NCBI GenBank assembly: GCA_963663545.1
Contig: OY760505.1
Span: 416,001 to 480,000, forward strand
DNA from: Candidatus Delongbacteria bacterium
Lineage (GTDB): Bacteria; CAIWAD01
DNA length: 64,000 nucleotides
Direction of reading: 5' to 3'
The position numbers were made by a program, and so were the translations under genes. Position 1 is the first letter of the stretch. Each line of letters begins with the position of its first letter. Below, in pieces: positions 19,057 to 28,251 of the stretch. The notes beneath the pieces are model-generated. The model ran no database searches, was not told the DNA's origin, and saw only the letters and a program-made list of their open reading frames with translations.

Positions 19057-19914
19057 TTAGCCATAGGTATTTTTCACAATCATTGGCGCATTAGGCTTTA
19101 GTTCGCCTTGACCGGACACAATAATTAGCTGCCAGTTCTCGGGGACTTCATTCCGAACCCAATCTTCTCGTATAGCTGATTCGGGAACGAATGCTTCAGT
19201 CATGTACAGTACTGCATAAAAGTTCTTCCATATTTCGCTACCAGAGTACCCATGTACATCCGTGTAGATTCCGTCTAGAATATTCCTTGCCTTGGCTTCT
19301 GTGTTGGCATACTTGTATTCAATTGCGCATGCTAGACTTTCAACTCCAATGTCGATTTTGAAATTTTTGAGAGAATTGGAAATAGGCACTTCACGGACGG
19401 TATTCTCGAATACAATGCGGAGGACTTTATAGACTGCATTTCGAACATCGTTTTCACATCTTGGTTTAACACCAAGCAGATTTATTATGTGTCCTGTTGA
19501 TTTTAACACAGCCTCAAGGCGATATAAATCGGAGTCTCCTTGTGGGCTTTCAAGATTTGGATTAGGAATAAAGGCAGCAAAGGATCTAATGAAATCCCTG
19601 AATTTGATCAACACTGGAGAATAGAAGCATTCATAATAATCGTGGAACTCTATCTGGCAGGAGTCTTGGGTGCTACTCCAGAATCTAGACAGCTCTTCAT
19701 CGAACCGATTGAGACCCAAAATTTGGGCAGATTGCGCCATCAAGCTTCTTAGTGTTTCAAGCGAACTCGCCAGCCTCTCTTGGACTGCGTACTCTTCTGC
19801 TTCGTATCCATCGTATGGATTCAAGTATAGATCTTCAAGTTCGTCAACTGCTTGCTGTGCAGACTGAAGTTCAGAATCAATTGCTCTCCAGAAGGTCGCC
19901 CCATCAAGATTCAT
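19057..19914 (-). CDS. AT-rich protein with C-terminal PD-(D/E)XK (DpnII/MboI-like REase) domain
   Basis: ENDVRNAVYKVL...RE...FKIDIGVESLACAIEYKY follows the E..D..ExK pattern. Confidence 0.7.
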   Translation of the reverse strand: MNLDGATFWRAIDSELQSAQQAVDELEDLYLNPYDGYEAEEYAVQERLASSLETLRSLMAQSAQILGLNRFDEELSRFWSSTQDSCQIEFHDYYECFYSPVLIKFRDFIRSFAAFIPNPNLESPQGDSDLYRLEAVLKSTGHIINLLGVKPRCENDVRNAVYKVLRIVFENTVREVPISNSLKNFKIDIGVESLACAIEYKYANTEAKARNILDGIYTDVHGYSGSEIWKNFYAVLYMTEAFVPESAIREDWVRNEVPENWQLIIVSGQGELKPNAPMIVKNTYG

Positions 19915-20442
19915 TATAGCTCCTCCAAATGGTTAACATCTGATTATACGGACCGCATAAGACCAGCCCCGATACCATATACGTGTCCTGATAAGTACGA
20001 CAACCACATTGCTGCATTCCTGTGTTTCTCATGCAGAGTGCACCTCAGGATAGCAATGCCACGCAGGCAAGACAAGATAAAACATAGCTTTGTCCAGAAT
20101 ACGTATCATTCGGAGTCATTCTTGCTGCCTTCTCCTGGACTCAACTTGCCTGTGCACAATACTCTCTATTCCTGACACCGAACTCGTAGGCATCAGGGCG
20201 GATTTCTCCTTACCACAGCATGGCTCCTGGGCCCTTCTTCTCCGCGCGGCCACGCATCGTCAGCGCACAGCTGGCTCTTGTCTCACCCTGACAGCCCACA
20301 CTCAACAGCCTTCTCCGCGCCACAATGAGTGCAATAGAATGACACTTGCCATCAATCGAAATCAGGACAAACACACTGTACGCTCTACCCGAGCTGCATG
20401 TCGTATGAACACCTCTCCCCTTGCGCAAGCGTGTTCGGCCAA

Positions 20443-20655
20443 TCAATGAGAATGAATCGTCCGCGCCTGGGCCGCCGATTCCGCATTCACATCCCAGCCC
20501 GGAAACACCAGCACTGCAGGATGACAATGCAGCGCGCGCGCGCCAGGATCCTGGCCCGTTCCACTCCCAACTTGATGCGACCGTTCTCCAGCGCAGAAAG
20601 CGTGGACTGCGGAATGCCGGTCAGAGTGGTCAGTTGGTTCTGACTCAGCTTTGAG
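20443..20655 (-). pseudogene. Truncated, frameshifted XRE-family HTH (HigA-like antitoxin)
   Basis: LSQNQLTTLTGIPQSTLSALENGRIKLGVERARILARA continues as LHCHPAVLVFPGW in another frame, switching at a (GC)n run near 20532-20543. N-terminus missing. Confidence 0.7.
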
Positions 20656-21029
20656 CATAACAACAGTCTTTGCCGAGTGTGGGGTTTGTGCGCGGTCGTC
20701 GGCAATCCATCATCAGGATGTGACACGCGCATCACGCCCTCACCCGGTGTATCACGTGCCCAGTTCGTGATACATCTGCAAACCCTGCGCAGCAGAAGCT
20801 CTACAGAGATCCTTCCCGACAGCAATCGCATCACAAATGCCCGTCAGGGCACCAGTGAATACCGAAGGTGTGAACACATGAGCGTTGCCTTGTAGCCACC
20901 ATCGGGTACCCGCCCGCGGCGGTTGTCCAGCGGACAAGCGTCCTCGGGTCGGAGGGGAAAAAGCGCTTTCTTTTGCTACTTGTATGTTCACACCCGCCAA
21001 AAAGGCTGACAGCTGGTCTAACTAGATGT

Positions 21030-21213
21030 ATGCGGGGTTTTCTCTTCAAGGCCTTGAAGAGAAAATCGCGGTGAACGAGCGGCTTTTGCGAATGGGTAGA
21101 ACCCGAAGAAAAGATACCGCCGTTCACCGCTACCGCGCTCTACGTGAAGACCGGACACCATCGTGATCCGAAGATCGCATGTTGCAAGAATGGTCCAGTA
21201 GGCGCATCCGCAT
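21030..21213 (+). ncRNA. Predicted IS110 bridge RNA
   Basis: 5' hairpin 21038-21065; target loop closed by 21068-21077/21121-21130 with guides at 21083-21093 and 21106-21113; donor loop with guides at 21155-21162 and 21183-21188. Confidence 0.8.
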
Positions 21214-21254
21214 GGTAGGGAACTCTTATTGCTTCAAAAAGGGAGAACTTCATC

Positions 21255-22286
21255 ATGGACAAGCCTCCACACTGGATCGGAATTGACGTTTCGAAGCAGA
21301 CTTTTGATGCAGCTTGGTGTCACCCTGAGTATTGTGACACCAGGCTGCCACTGTCAGAGTATCCATGCTCTTCGTTTCCCAGATCAGAGGTTGGTGCAGC
21401 TCAGCTTCTGGAATGGCTCCAGGAGATTTGTTCCACGCAGGATTGGCTTCCCGCAGGCATTGTCATGGAGAGCACAGGGCGCTACAGCGTAGAGCTGAAG
21501 GACTGGCTGCTTGAGCTGGAGCCCTCTCTGCTTGTCGCTATTGAGGATCCCACCAGAACCTCGTATCACGCGAAAAGCCTTGGCGTACGTAACAAAACCG
21601 ACAAGATGGACGCTGCAGCACTCGCCCGCTACGGCTGCGAGCGGAAGCCAAGTCCATTCCATGAGTTGCCATCTGCTTACCAGGTTTTGCGTGAACGTGT
21701 ACGCTACAGAGCACATGTCATGAAGCTACGCAATGCGGCCAGGCAGCGACTGCAGGAGCTGACAGGTGATCCAGAGCTGTTCGAGGCCGACAAGGCCCTG
21801 GCTGAGCAGTTGGAGGCTGCGCTGAAGCAGGCGGACATGCTCATTCAGCAGTGTGTGAATGAGCATGAAGAGCTGTGCAATGCTACTGGGCTGATGCGCA
21901 CAATTCCTGGAGTTGGTCCTATGGTTGCCGCTGTCGTGCTGGGCGAGGTAGGGCCACTGGAGCGCTTTGCGCGTAGCCGCCAGCTATCGGCGTACTCCGG
22001 GCTATCTCCACGCCAGCGCCAATCCGGTACAAGCATCAAGAGTGGCGGTCACATCACCAGACGTGGATCTGCACTCCTCCGGCAGATGCTGTTCATGGCG
22101 AGTGTTACAGGCCAACCTAAGGGGTCTCCGCTGAAAGCCTTTAGTGATGGCCTGATCATCAGAGGCAAAGGCAAAATGCAGGCACGGTGTGCTGTCATGC
22201 GCAAATTGCTTGTGCTGATGCGGGCTGTCGTGGTTACTGGCAAGGTGTACGACCCGTATCACGTGCCCAAGCCTCCAGCAGAATAG
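21255..22286 (+). CDS. IS110-family transposase/recombinase
   Basis: DEDD RuvC-like residues (GIDVSK, MESTG, KTDKMDA), IPGVG, and SGLSPRQRQSGTS with the catalytic serine region. Confidence 0.97.
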   Translation: MDKPPHWIGIDVSKQTFDAAWCHPEYCDTRLPLSEYPCSSFPRSEVGAAQLLEWLQEICSTQDWLPAGIVMESTGRYSVELKDWLLELEPSLLVAIEDPTRTSYHAKSLGVRNKTDKMDAAALARYGCERKPSPFHELPSAYQVLRERVRYRAHVMKLRNAARQRLQELTGDPELFEADKALAEQLEAALKQADMLIQQCVNEHEELCNATGLMRTIPGVGPMVAAVVLGEVGPLERFARSRQLSAYSGLSPRQRQSGTSIKSGGHITRRGSALLRQMLFMASVTGQPKGSPLKAFSDGLIIRGKGKMQARCAVMRKLLVLMRAVVVTGKVYDPYHVPKPPAE

Positions 22287-22317
22287 AGCTGGAGACAAAT
22301 TATCTTCAGACTAAGGC

Positions 22318-22338
22318 TTGCTTATGAGCACACCATCT
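22318..22338 (+). promoter_or_regulatory. -35 half of the IS110 circle-junction promoter
   Basis: TTGCTT at 22318-22323 lies exactly 17 bp from TATGTT (20983-20988) once the ends are joined at the CT core. Confidence 0.7.
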
Positions 22339-22598
22339 TTTCTTTGGCGCTCCAAAGAAAAGTAGGCTCTTCGCATCGCAGCCGCGATGCCAGCTGTTCA
22401 CACAGCCCAAGCAAGCTCGCTGCAGGCGGAGATAGACCCCGCGTCAGCGGGAAAGGCCCGGCTGGCCAAGCCATGCTCCGATTGCGACTCCGAAATCAAT
22501 CCTGATAGCGAGGGCAGTTTCGGCAGCAAGCCGCAGCGCACAAACGGTTGCGCCAGACCGTCTCTTGCTACCTTGTGGGCGAAATACAAGGAGAATTC

Positions 22599-24263
22599 AT
22601 GAGCGAGAATAAGGTCATCTTCTCGATGGTCGGCGTCGGCAAGGTGCTGCAGGACAACCGGCAGATCCTGCGCGACATCTACCTCGGTTTCTACTACGGC
22701 GCCAAGATCGGCGTGCTGGGTCTGAACGGCTCAGGCAAGAGCACGCTGCTGCGCATCGTCGCGGGCGAGGACAAGGACTACCTGGGCGAGATTGTATCAC
22801 AGCAGGGGCTGACCTTCGGCTATCTGCCGCAGGAACCGCAGCTGGAAGCGGGCCGCACGGTGCGCGAGGTGGTCGAGGAGGGCGCGGGTCGCGCTGCCGC
22901 ACTGCTGAAGGAATACAACGCGATCAACGAGGCTTTCGCCGATCCCGAGGCGGACTACGACAAGTTGCTGGCGCGCCAGGGCGAGCTGCAGGAGCAGATC
23001 GATCACCTGGACGCCTGGGATCTGGACAGCAAGCTCGAGCAGGCGATGGACGCCCTGCGCTGCCCGGACGGTGATACACGGGTGGAGGTACTCTCCGGTG
23101 GTGAGAAGCGCCGCGTGGCCCTCTGCCGTCTGCTGCTCTCCAACCCCGACGTACTGCTGCTGGACGAGCCCACCAACCACCTGGACGCGGAAACCGTCGC
23201 CTGGCTGGAACAGTACCTGGCCCGCTTCCCCGGCACGGTGCTGGCCGTGACACACGACCGCTACTTCCTCGATAACGTCGCCGGCTGGATCCTGGAGCTG
23301 GACCGCGGCCACGGCATTCCCTTCGAGGGCAACTACTCAAGCTGGCTCGAGCAGAAGAGCCAGCGTCTGCTGCAGGAAGAAAAGACCGAGAGCAAGCGGC
23401 GTAAAACCCTGGAGCGCGAGCTGGAATGGGTGCGCATGGCGCCGCGCGCGCGTCACACGAAAAGCAAGGCGCGTCTGGCCGCCTACGAGCGCATGGTCAG
23501 CGAGGAGAGCGAAAAGCGCCGCGAGGATCTGGAAATCTACATCCCGCCGGGACCGCGCCTGGGCCAGGTGGTGATCGAGGCCAGCAAGCTGAGCAAGGCC
23601 TTTGGCGAGAAGCTGCTCTTCGACGGCCTGGATTTCGCTCTTCCCCCCGGCGGCATCGTCGGCGTGATTGGCGCCAACGGAGCGGGTAAAACGACGCTCT
23701 TCCGCATGCTGACGGACAAAGAGCAGCCCGACGGCGGCAGCATCAAGGTCGGTGATACAGTCAAGCTGGGCTACGTGGACCAGGATCGCCCGATGGACCC
23801 GGAAGCCAGCATCTGGCAGGTCATCAGCGACGGCCAGGATTTCATCGACCTGGGCGGACGCGAAGTCAACAGCCGCCAGTGGGTGTCACGCTTCAACTTC
23901 AGCGGTAGCGACCAGCAGAAGCCGGTGGGCAAGCTCTCCGGTGGTGAGCGCGGTCGCGTGCACCTGGCGCGTACCCTGCGCGAGGGCGCCAACCTGCTGC
24001 TGCTGGATGAGCCCACCAACGACCTGGACGTCAACACCCTGCGCGCGCTGGAAGAAGGTCTACTGAACTTCGCCGGCTGCGCGGTGGTCATCAGCCACGA
24101 CCGCTGGTTCCTGGACCGCATCGCCACACACATCCTGGCCTTCGAGGGCGACAGTCAGGTGGTCTGGTTCGAGGGCAACTACAGCGATTACGAGAGGAAC
24201 CGCAAAGAGCGTCTGGGCAACGAGGGTCCGCATCGTATAAAATACCGGCGGTTGACCCGATAG
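22599..24263 (+). CDS. ettA: Energy-dependent translational throttle protein EttA (ABC-F)
   Basis: [16 protein letters not shown], two ABC domains, RELEW linker, IPPGPRLG, C-terminal [17 protein letters not shown]. Confidence 0.96.
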   Translation: MSENKVIFSMVGVGKVLQDNRQILRDIYLGFYYGAKIGVLGLNGSGKSTLLRIVAGEDKDYLGEIVSQQGLTFGYLPQEPQLEAGRTVREVVEEGAGRAAALLKEYNAINEAFADPEADYDKLLARQGELQEQIDHLDAWDLDSKLEQAMDALRCPDGDTRVEVLSGGEKRRVALCRLLLSNPDVLLLDEPTNHLDAETVAWLEQYLARFPGTVLAVTHDRYFLDNVAGWILELDRGHGIPFEGNYSSWLEQKSQRLLQEEKTESKRRKTLERELEWVRMAPRARHTKSKARLAAYERMVSEESEKRREDLEIYIPPGPRLGQVVIEASKLSKAFGEKLLFDGLDFALPPGGIVGVIGANGAGKTTLFRMLTDKEQPDGGSIKVGDTVKLGYVDQDRPMDPEASIWQVISDGQDFIDLGGREVNSRQWVSRFNFSGSDQQKPVGKLSGGERGRVHLARTLREGANLLLLDEPTNDLDVNTLRALEEGLLNFAGCAVVISHDRWFLDRIATHILAFEGDSQVVWFEGNYSDYERNRKERLGNEGPHRIKYRRLTR

Positions 24264-24276
24264 TGCGCGTGATACC

Positions 24277-24547
24277 GTGATACATGACAAGGGGAAGCTT
24301 AGGCTTCCCTTTTCTCTTCATCGAAATCGGAGCCGACTCCAAAGGAGTCGGATCGGGATCGATATCGGAGTCGGTGTGCTTCAAGCTACGCTCGAAGCAC
24401 CTCGACGAAGCCACGCTTCAGGACTCTTTGTGTTTGCAGCCTCTGCATAATGCGTGTCTTCGTCCATAGACCTTCAGGCGTAGCTATTCGCAGCGCTGGC
24501 TCCCGATTGCGACTCCGAGCCCGATTTCGATTTCGGTGAGAGAGGCT
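24277..24547. repeat. ~270-bp self-complementary repeat, copy 1 (includes a terminator-like hairpin after ettA)
   Basis: Near-identical to 25748-26024; ATCGGN-type left arm and CCGATN-type right arm. Confidence 0.92.
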
Positions 24548-24641
24548 GCAAGCGACTAGCACAGTTGACAACGTGGACCGCCGAGCAAAACTCCCTCAGC
24601 TTCCACTTGCATGATTCACAGGATTTGGCGATCCTTTCGCC

Positions 24642-24692
24642 GGAGGCTCGGCCTGAGGATTCCCATCTGGTTATCCGACTGGCATTGCCTCC
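24642..24692 (-). ncRNA. Candidate structured RNA immediately 3' of the DUF3800 gene
   Basis: Nested stems GGAGGC/GCCTCC, GCC/GGC, GGAT/ATCC and CCA/TGG, starting 10 nt after the stop codon. Confidence 0.4.
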
Positions 24693-24702
24693 TTTTCTTT
24701 TT

Positions 24703-25584
24703 CTATTCCTTCAGGCAGTAGGGATCCGCGACATAGAATACACTATGTGACACGAAATGCTGCCCCGCACTCCAGTGTTCGGATGAATGCTGAAGTCCGG
24801 CAATCTGATTGGCGTAACGCTCAGCGATTTCGCATCTGATCGGCGCACATAGTCCCTTCCCATGGCCCCTGAAGCCCCAGTTTACACAGTAGATCAGAAC
24901 ATCCGCAGCTTGAACGGGCAGTGACATATCCGAAGAAACAAAGATGGGTACTGGAACCACCCATCTTGCACGCACTCTTCCGGCTGAAGTACGCTGAAAG
25001 TAGGTCTCCAGTCGTCGTACAAACCTTCTATCCTCTGACTTCTCTACCTCATCCATCACAATCAAGCCGTATTCCTTCTTCGCTTGCAGCAGGTAGAAGA
25101 ATCTCTCCATCAGAAACACATGGTCCTTTCGAAGAAGCTCACGCGCATTCCTCGCTAGTGATTTGCTGCTGCCACGCGGAATCATGGATGCTAGCAGTAC
25201 AGCCCGATGCTGTCTGCACAGACGAAAGATCCCATCAGCCATATAAAGCGAAGCTTGCCCGTAGCCAGCAAACTCCCGCCGCACAGGCTGGCGCCCAGAG
25301 GCTCCTTTTGCAAGAAACATGCGCGCCATCTGCTGTCGTTCACTCGCCGTCATCTCCTCCGTTTGACTAGCCCACTTGAAGCGATCTTTGTCCAGTAGGC
25401 GCGCTCCCTTGATCTCCTTTCCATATCGCTGCAGGGAAACACCAAAGGACTGCTGTTCAAGCGCTTTCATGGACTGAATGAAGGGCCAAAGCTGCCCAGC
25501 ATGGAGGGCAATACCGCCACGCACTTCGTAAGGCATCGTCTGGTGGTCATGCCCACTCTCATCCATGAATAGCAGATAGCTCAC
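24703..25584 (-). CDS. DUF3800 domain protein
   Basis: YLLFMDESG, EIKG, LIVMDE and VQAADV acidic motifs. Confidence 0.88.
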   Translation of the reverse strand: MSYLLFMDESGHDHQTMPYEVRGGIALHAGQLWPFIQSMKALEQQSFGVSLQRYGKEIKGARLLDKDRFKWASQTEEMTASERQQMARMFLAKGASGRQPVRREFAGYGQASLYMADGIFRLCRQHRAVLLASMIPRGSSKSLARNARELLRKDHVFLMERFFYLLQAKKEYGLIVMDEVEKSEDRRFVRRLETYFQRTSAGRVRARWVVPVPIFVSSDMSLPVQAADVLIYCVNWGFRGHGKGLCAPIRCEIAERYANQIAGLQHSSEHWSAGQHFVSHSVFYVADPYCLKE

Positions 25585-25747
25585 TCCTGCACCTCCAGCA
25601 CACTCAGAAGCGCATAGTCAGGGAAGCGATCCGCGGATCCGCCTTTTCCATTGGAATGATCGAAGAACTTTAAGCATGTCACTACGAATGGACAGTTCTT
25701 GAAAAGCGCTGACATGACTGAAGGAATTGCGCTGTATCTTCGCAGGC

Positions 25748-26024
25748 GTGATACACGACGAGGGGAAGCCTGGGCTTCCCTCTTCTCTTAATCGGTATCG
25801 CTGCCGACTCCAAAGGAGTCGGATCGGGATCGATATCGGAGTCGGTGTGCTTCAAGCTACGCTCGAAGCACCTCGACGAAGCCACGCTTCAGGACTCTTT
25901 GTGTTTGCAGCCTCTGCATAATGCGTGTCTTCGTCCATAGACCTTCAGGCGTAGCTATTCGTAGCGCTGGCTCCCGATTGCGATTGCGAATCCGAGCCCG
26001 ATTTCGATTTCGATGAGAGAGGCT
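25748..26024. repeat. ~270-bp self-complementary repeat, copy 2
   Basis: Direct repeat of 24277-24547 with one extra CGATTG unit. Confidence 0.92.
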
Positions 26025-27318
26025 ACTGCAGCAGAAGAACTCGGCGCAGCGCGACATTCCCCGCCTCATCGCTCACCCGCAGAAAGCGCAGCCCGCTGCT
26101 GCCGCTGAACTCGATGGAGAGCGGCTGCGATTGTCCCTGCAGGCCGTGTTGCGAAAGGCGCTGTGTCACGCGTCCCAGCAGGTCGATGACTTCGATAGTG
26201 AGCCGACCCTCGCGCGCGGGCGTGATCCAAACGGTCGTGGAAGGATTACAGGGATTGGGAAAGGGTGCGCTCAGTTCCAGTCGTGCTGGCTGCAGCGGTG
26301 TATCACGGCGTGACACATCCACGCTCTCCGCATAAAGGGAATCGGCAAAACGCAGCGCATAAGGGAAGCGCGCCGTCAGGATGTCGTTGTGGCCGCCACC
26401 GGATATCTCATCCAGCCGGACCGCCAGGCCGTTCTGCTCCATGGTCTGGAAGAGGCTGCGGTTGCAGTCGATCCAGATGCTGTCGGCATCACCGCACTGC
26501 AGATAGAACACTGGAGGCTGTGTCACGCTGGCGGCCAGTGATACGGGATCGTGCTCGCGCCAGCGGTCAAAGACGGTTTGGATCACCTGTCCTGAGTCAT
26601 CCACCGGCAGATCCACCTGATAGGGCAGGCTTTGCAGATTGGGCGAGAAGGCCGCGCTGGTGCTGTAGAGAATCTGACTCCAGGTGCCAATGACGGGATT
26701 GTAGGGCCCGTTGCCGCCGTTCTCCTGCAGCGCCAACTCCGTGATACCGTTCAGCGCAATCTCCAGATCCACCACACCGCCGAAGGTGCAGACGGTACCG
26801 AAAACGCCCGGCCAGAGCATGCCGATGGAAGCCGCTCCGCAGCCTCCCATGCTATGACCGATCAGCGCGCGTGCATCACGCTCCGCAATGGTGTGATACT
26901 CGGCATCCACCCAGGCCACCAGCTCCTCCGCTACGAAGGAGGCAATGGGGCCGTTGAGCTCGCTGTCCGCCCACCAGGTCAGGCCGCCGTAGTAATCGCC
27001 GTTGCCGTTGGGCATCACGGCGATGCAAGGATGAATGTAGCCCGCAGGCGGTGATCCGACCTCGCTCCAGATCAGCTCGTCCAGCGCGTCGGTGAACATG
27101 GGATAGGAGGCGTTGTTCACGTATCCGCCGTGCAGGAAATAGACGACCGGATAGTGCGTGTCCGTATCACCGGCGTCGTAGCCCTCGGGCAGGTAGACGC
27201 GCACGTTGCGGCTCTCCAGCATTCCTTCGCTGAAGCACGTGCGGGATTCGATGCTACTCTCGGCGTGACACAATCCCGTCAGGAGAAGTAGGGAAACACT
27301 GATCACCTTCAGCTTCAT
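26023..27318 (-). CDS. Secreted alpha/beta-hydrolase esterase with C-terminal sorting-like domain
   Basis: Signal peptide, VYLPEGY, YPVVYFLHG, GHSMGG nucleophile elbow, FPNPCNPSTT tail. Confidence 0.85.
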   Translation of the reverse strand: MKLKVISVSLLLLTGLCHAESSIESRTCFSEGMLESRNVRVYLPEGYDAGDTDTHYPVVYFLHGGYVNNASYPMFTDALDELIWSEVGSPPAGYIHPCIAVMPNGNGDYYGGLTWWADSELNGPIASFVAEELVAWVDAEYHTIAERDARALIGHSMGGCGAASIGMLWPGVFGTVCTFGGVVDLEIALNGITELALQENGGNGPYNPVIGTWSQILYSTSAAFSPNLQSLPYQVDLPVDDSGQVIQTVFDRWREHDPVSLAASVTQPPVFYLQCGDADSIWIDCNRSLFQTMEQNGLAVRLDEISGGGHNDILTARFPYALRFADSLYAESVDVSRRDTPLQPARLELSAPFPNPCNPSTTVWITPAREGRLTIEVIDLLGRVTQRLSQHGLQGQSQPLSIEFSGSSGLRFLRVSDEAGNVALRRVLLLQ

Positions 27319-27346
27319 ATTCCACTCCAATGTGTGTATCACCAGA

Positions 27347-27910
27347 CTACTTGGTCCCGATGTCATCGGCTCCATACTCGCCAAGCAACTCCCTTACGAG
27401 CTTAGCACCGTGATGCAATTGATAGCACTGCAATTGCAGCGCAGCATTCACCATGGCGATCGTCTTTGCCTGCTCCTGTACACCGTGTTGTACTTGAACA
27501 CCATGATCGGCCAACCAGGGAATCACTTCGGACCAGCGCCACAACCGTGGCCTTGAAGTCATGCCACGCATGGGAAGGGGGAACCGACCAGCGCCGCGCT
27601 TTCCGGCTGCCAGCAAGCGAATACTCTCGCGTGTTCTTCCTGTCCGTCGACTGATATCCGCCAGTGTCACCAGTTCATCCGGCTCGATATGCGCAACACA
27701 GCCCGCCCCTAGAACCTGCTCCACCTGCTTCATGGCCGTGGAAAGCGCTTCCGCGAAACAGCCTGCCTCACGCGTGAAATCCAGATAGGGGATTTCATCT
27801 ACAGCCCCTACAAGAGCGTCGTCGCAGCCAGCACGAAAAAGGGCATCAACTTGTTCCTCACTTAGCTCAGGCACGCGCAGTACCAGGGTAAAGTCGAATT
27901 CCTTCATCAT
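27347..27910 (-). CDS. HicB-like DNA-binding protein
   Basis: FDFTL...LFRAGCDDA...LDFTREA N-domain plus HTH (VTLADISRRTGRTRESIRLL). Confidence 0.65.
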   Translation of the reverse strand: MMKEFDFTLVLRVPELSEEQVDALFRAGCDDALVGAVDEIPYLDFTREAGCFAEALSTAMKQVEQVLGAGCVAHIEPDELVTLADISRRTGRTRESIRLLAAGKRGAGRFPLPMRGMTSRPRLWRWSEVIPWLADHGVQVQHGVQEQAKTIAMVNAALQLQCYQLHHGAKLVRELLGEYGADDIGTK

Positions 27911-28149
27911 TCGTCCTCCTGATGCGGGCAGGCATCCACACGCCGTCTGATTTGACGCGCATGATTCTCAGGACTTCGTGGCGTAGACCAGATGGACAGC
28001 TGGCAGGAATCCCGACTTGCTCCCTGGCAGAATGCGCGTCCCCAGGCATGGCCACTATGTCCTGACTTCTCAACTCGCCAACCGCATGCCGCGGCATAAC
28101 GCAAAGCAGCTTCAATTTCCTTCTTCGGGTGACGGGTACGAGTTGACAT
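27907..28149 (-). CDS. HicA-like small basic protein
   Basis: HPKKEIEAALRYA...GWRV...GHAWG...SIWSTP; ATGA overlap with the downstream gene. Confidence 0.6.
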   Translation of the reverse strand: MSTRTRHPKKEIEAALRYAAACGWRVEKSGHSGHAWGRAFCQGASRDSCQLSIWSTPRSPENHARQIRRRVDACPHQEDE

Positions 28150-28251
28150 GGTGGAAACTAGTAGCTGTGTTGTCATTTGTCAACACTATTTGCAGACAAA
28201 CTAACACTGAAGAACTGCAGTGTCAGAAGACTGTTACACTATTGCCCTAAC

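Larger units (their letters stand above)
20981..22338 (+). mobile_element. IS110-family insertion sequence (IS621-like organisation)
   Basis: CT core at 20979-20980 and 22337-22338. Removing the element restores the perfect hairpin CTACTTTTCTTTGG-CGCT-CCAAAGAAAAGTAG. Long left non-coding end, short right end. Confidence 0.9.

Noticed and set aside
20532..20543. Phase-variable (GC)n switch in the XRE gene
   Set aside because: The gene also lacks its N-terminus and start codon, so decay is the simpler explanation.
24277..26024. CRISPR array or small repeated genes (ORFs 24284-24469, 24386-24571, 25682-25885, 25857-26069)
   Set aside because: Only two long repeats, no repeat-spacer periodicity and no cas genes. 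The ORFs are translations of the repeat.
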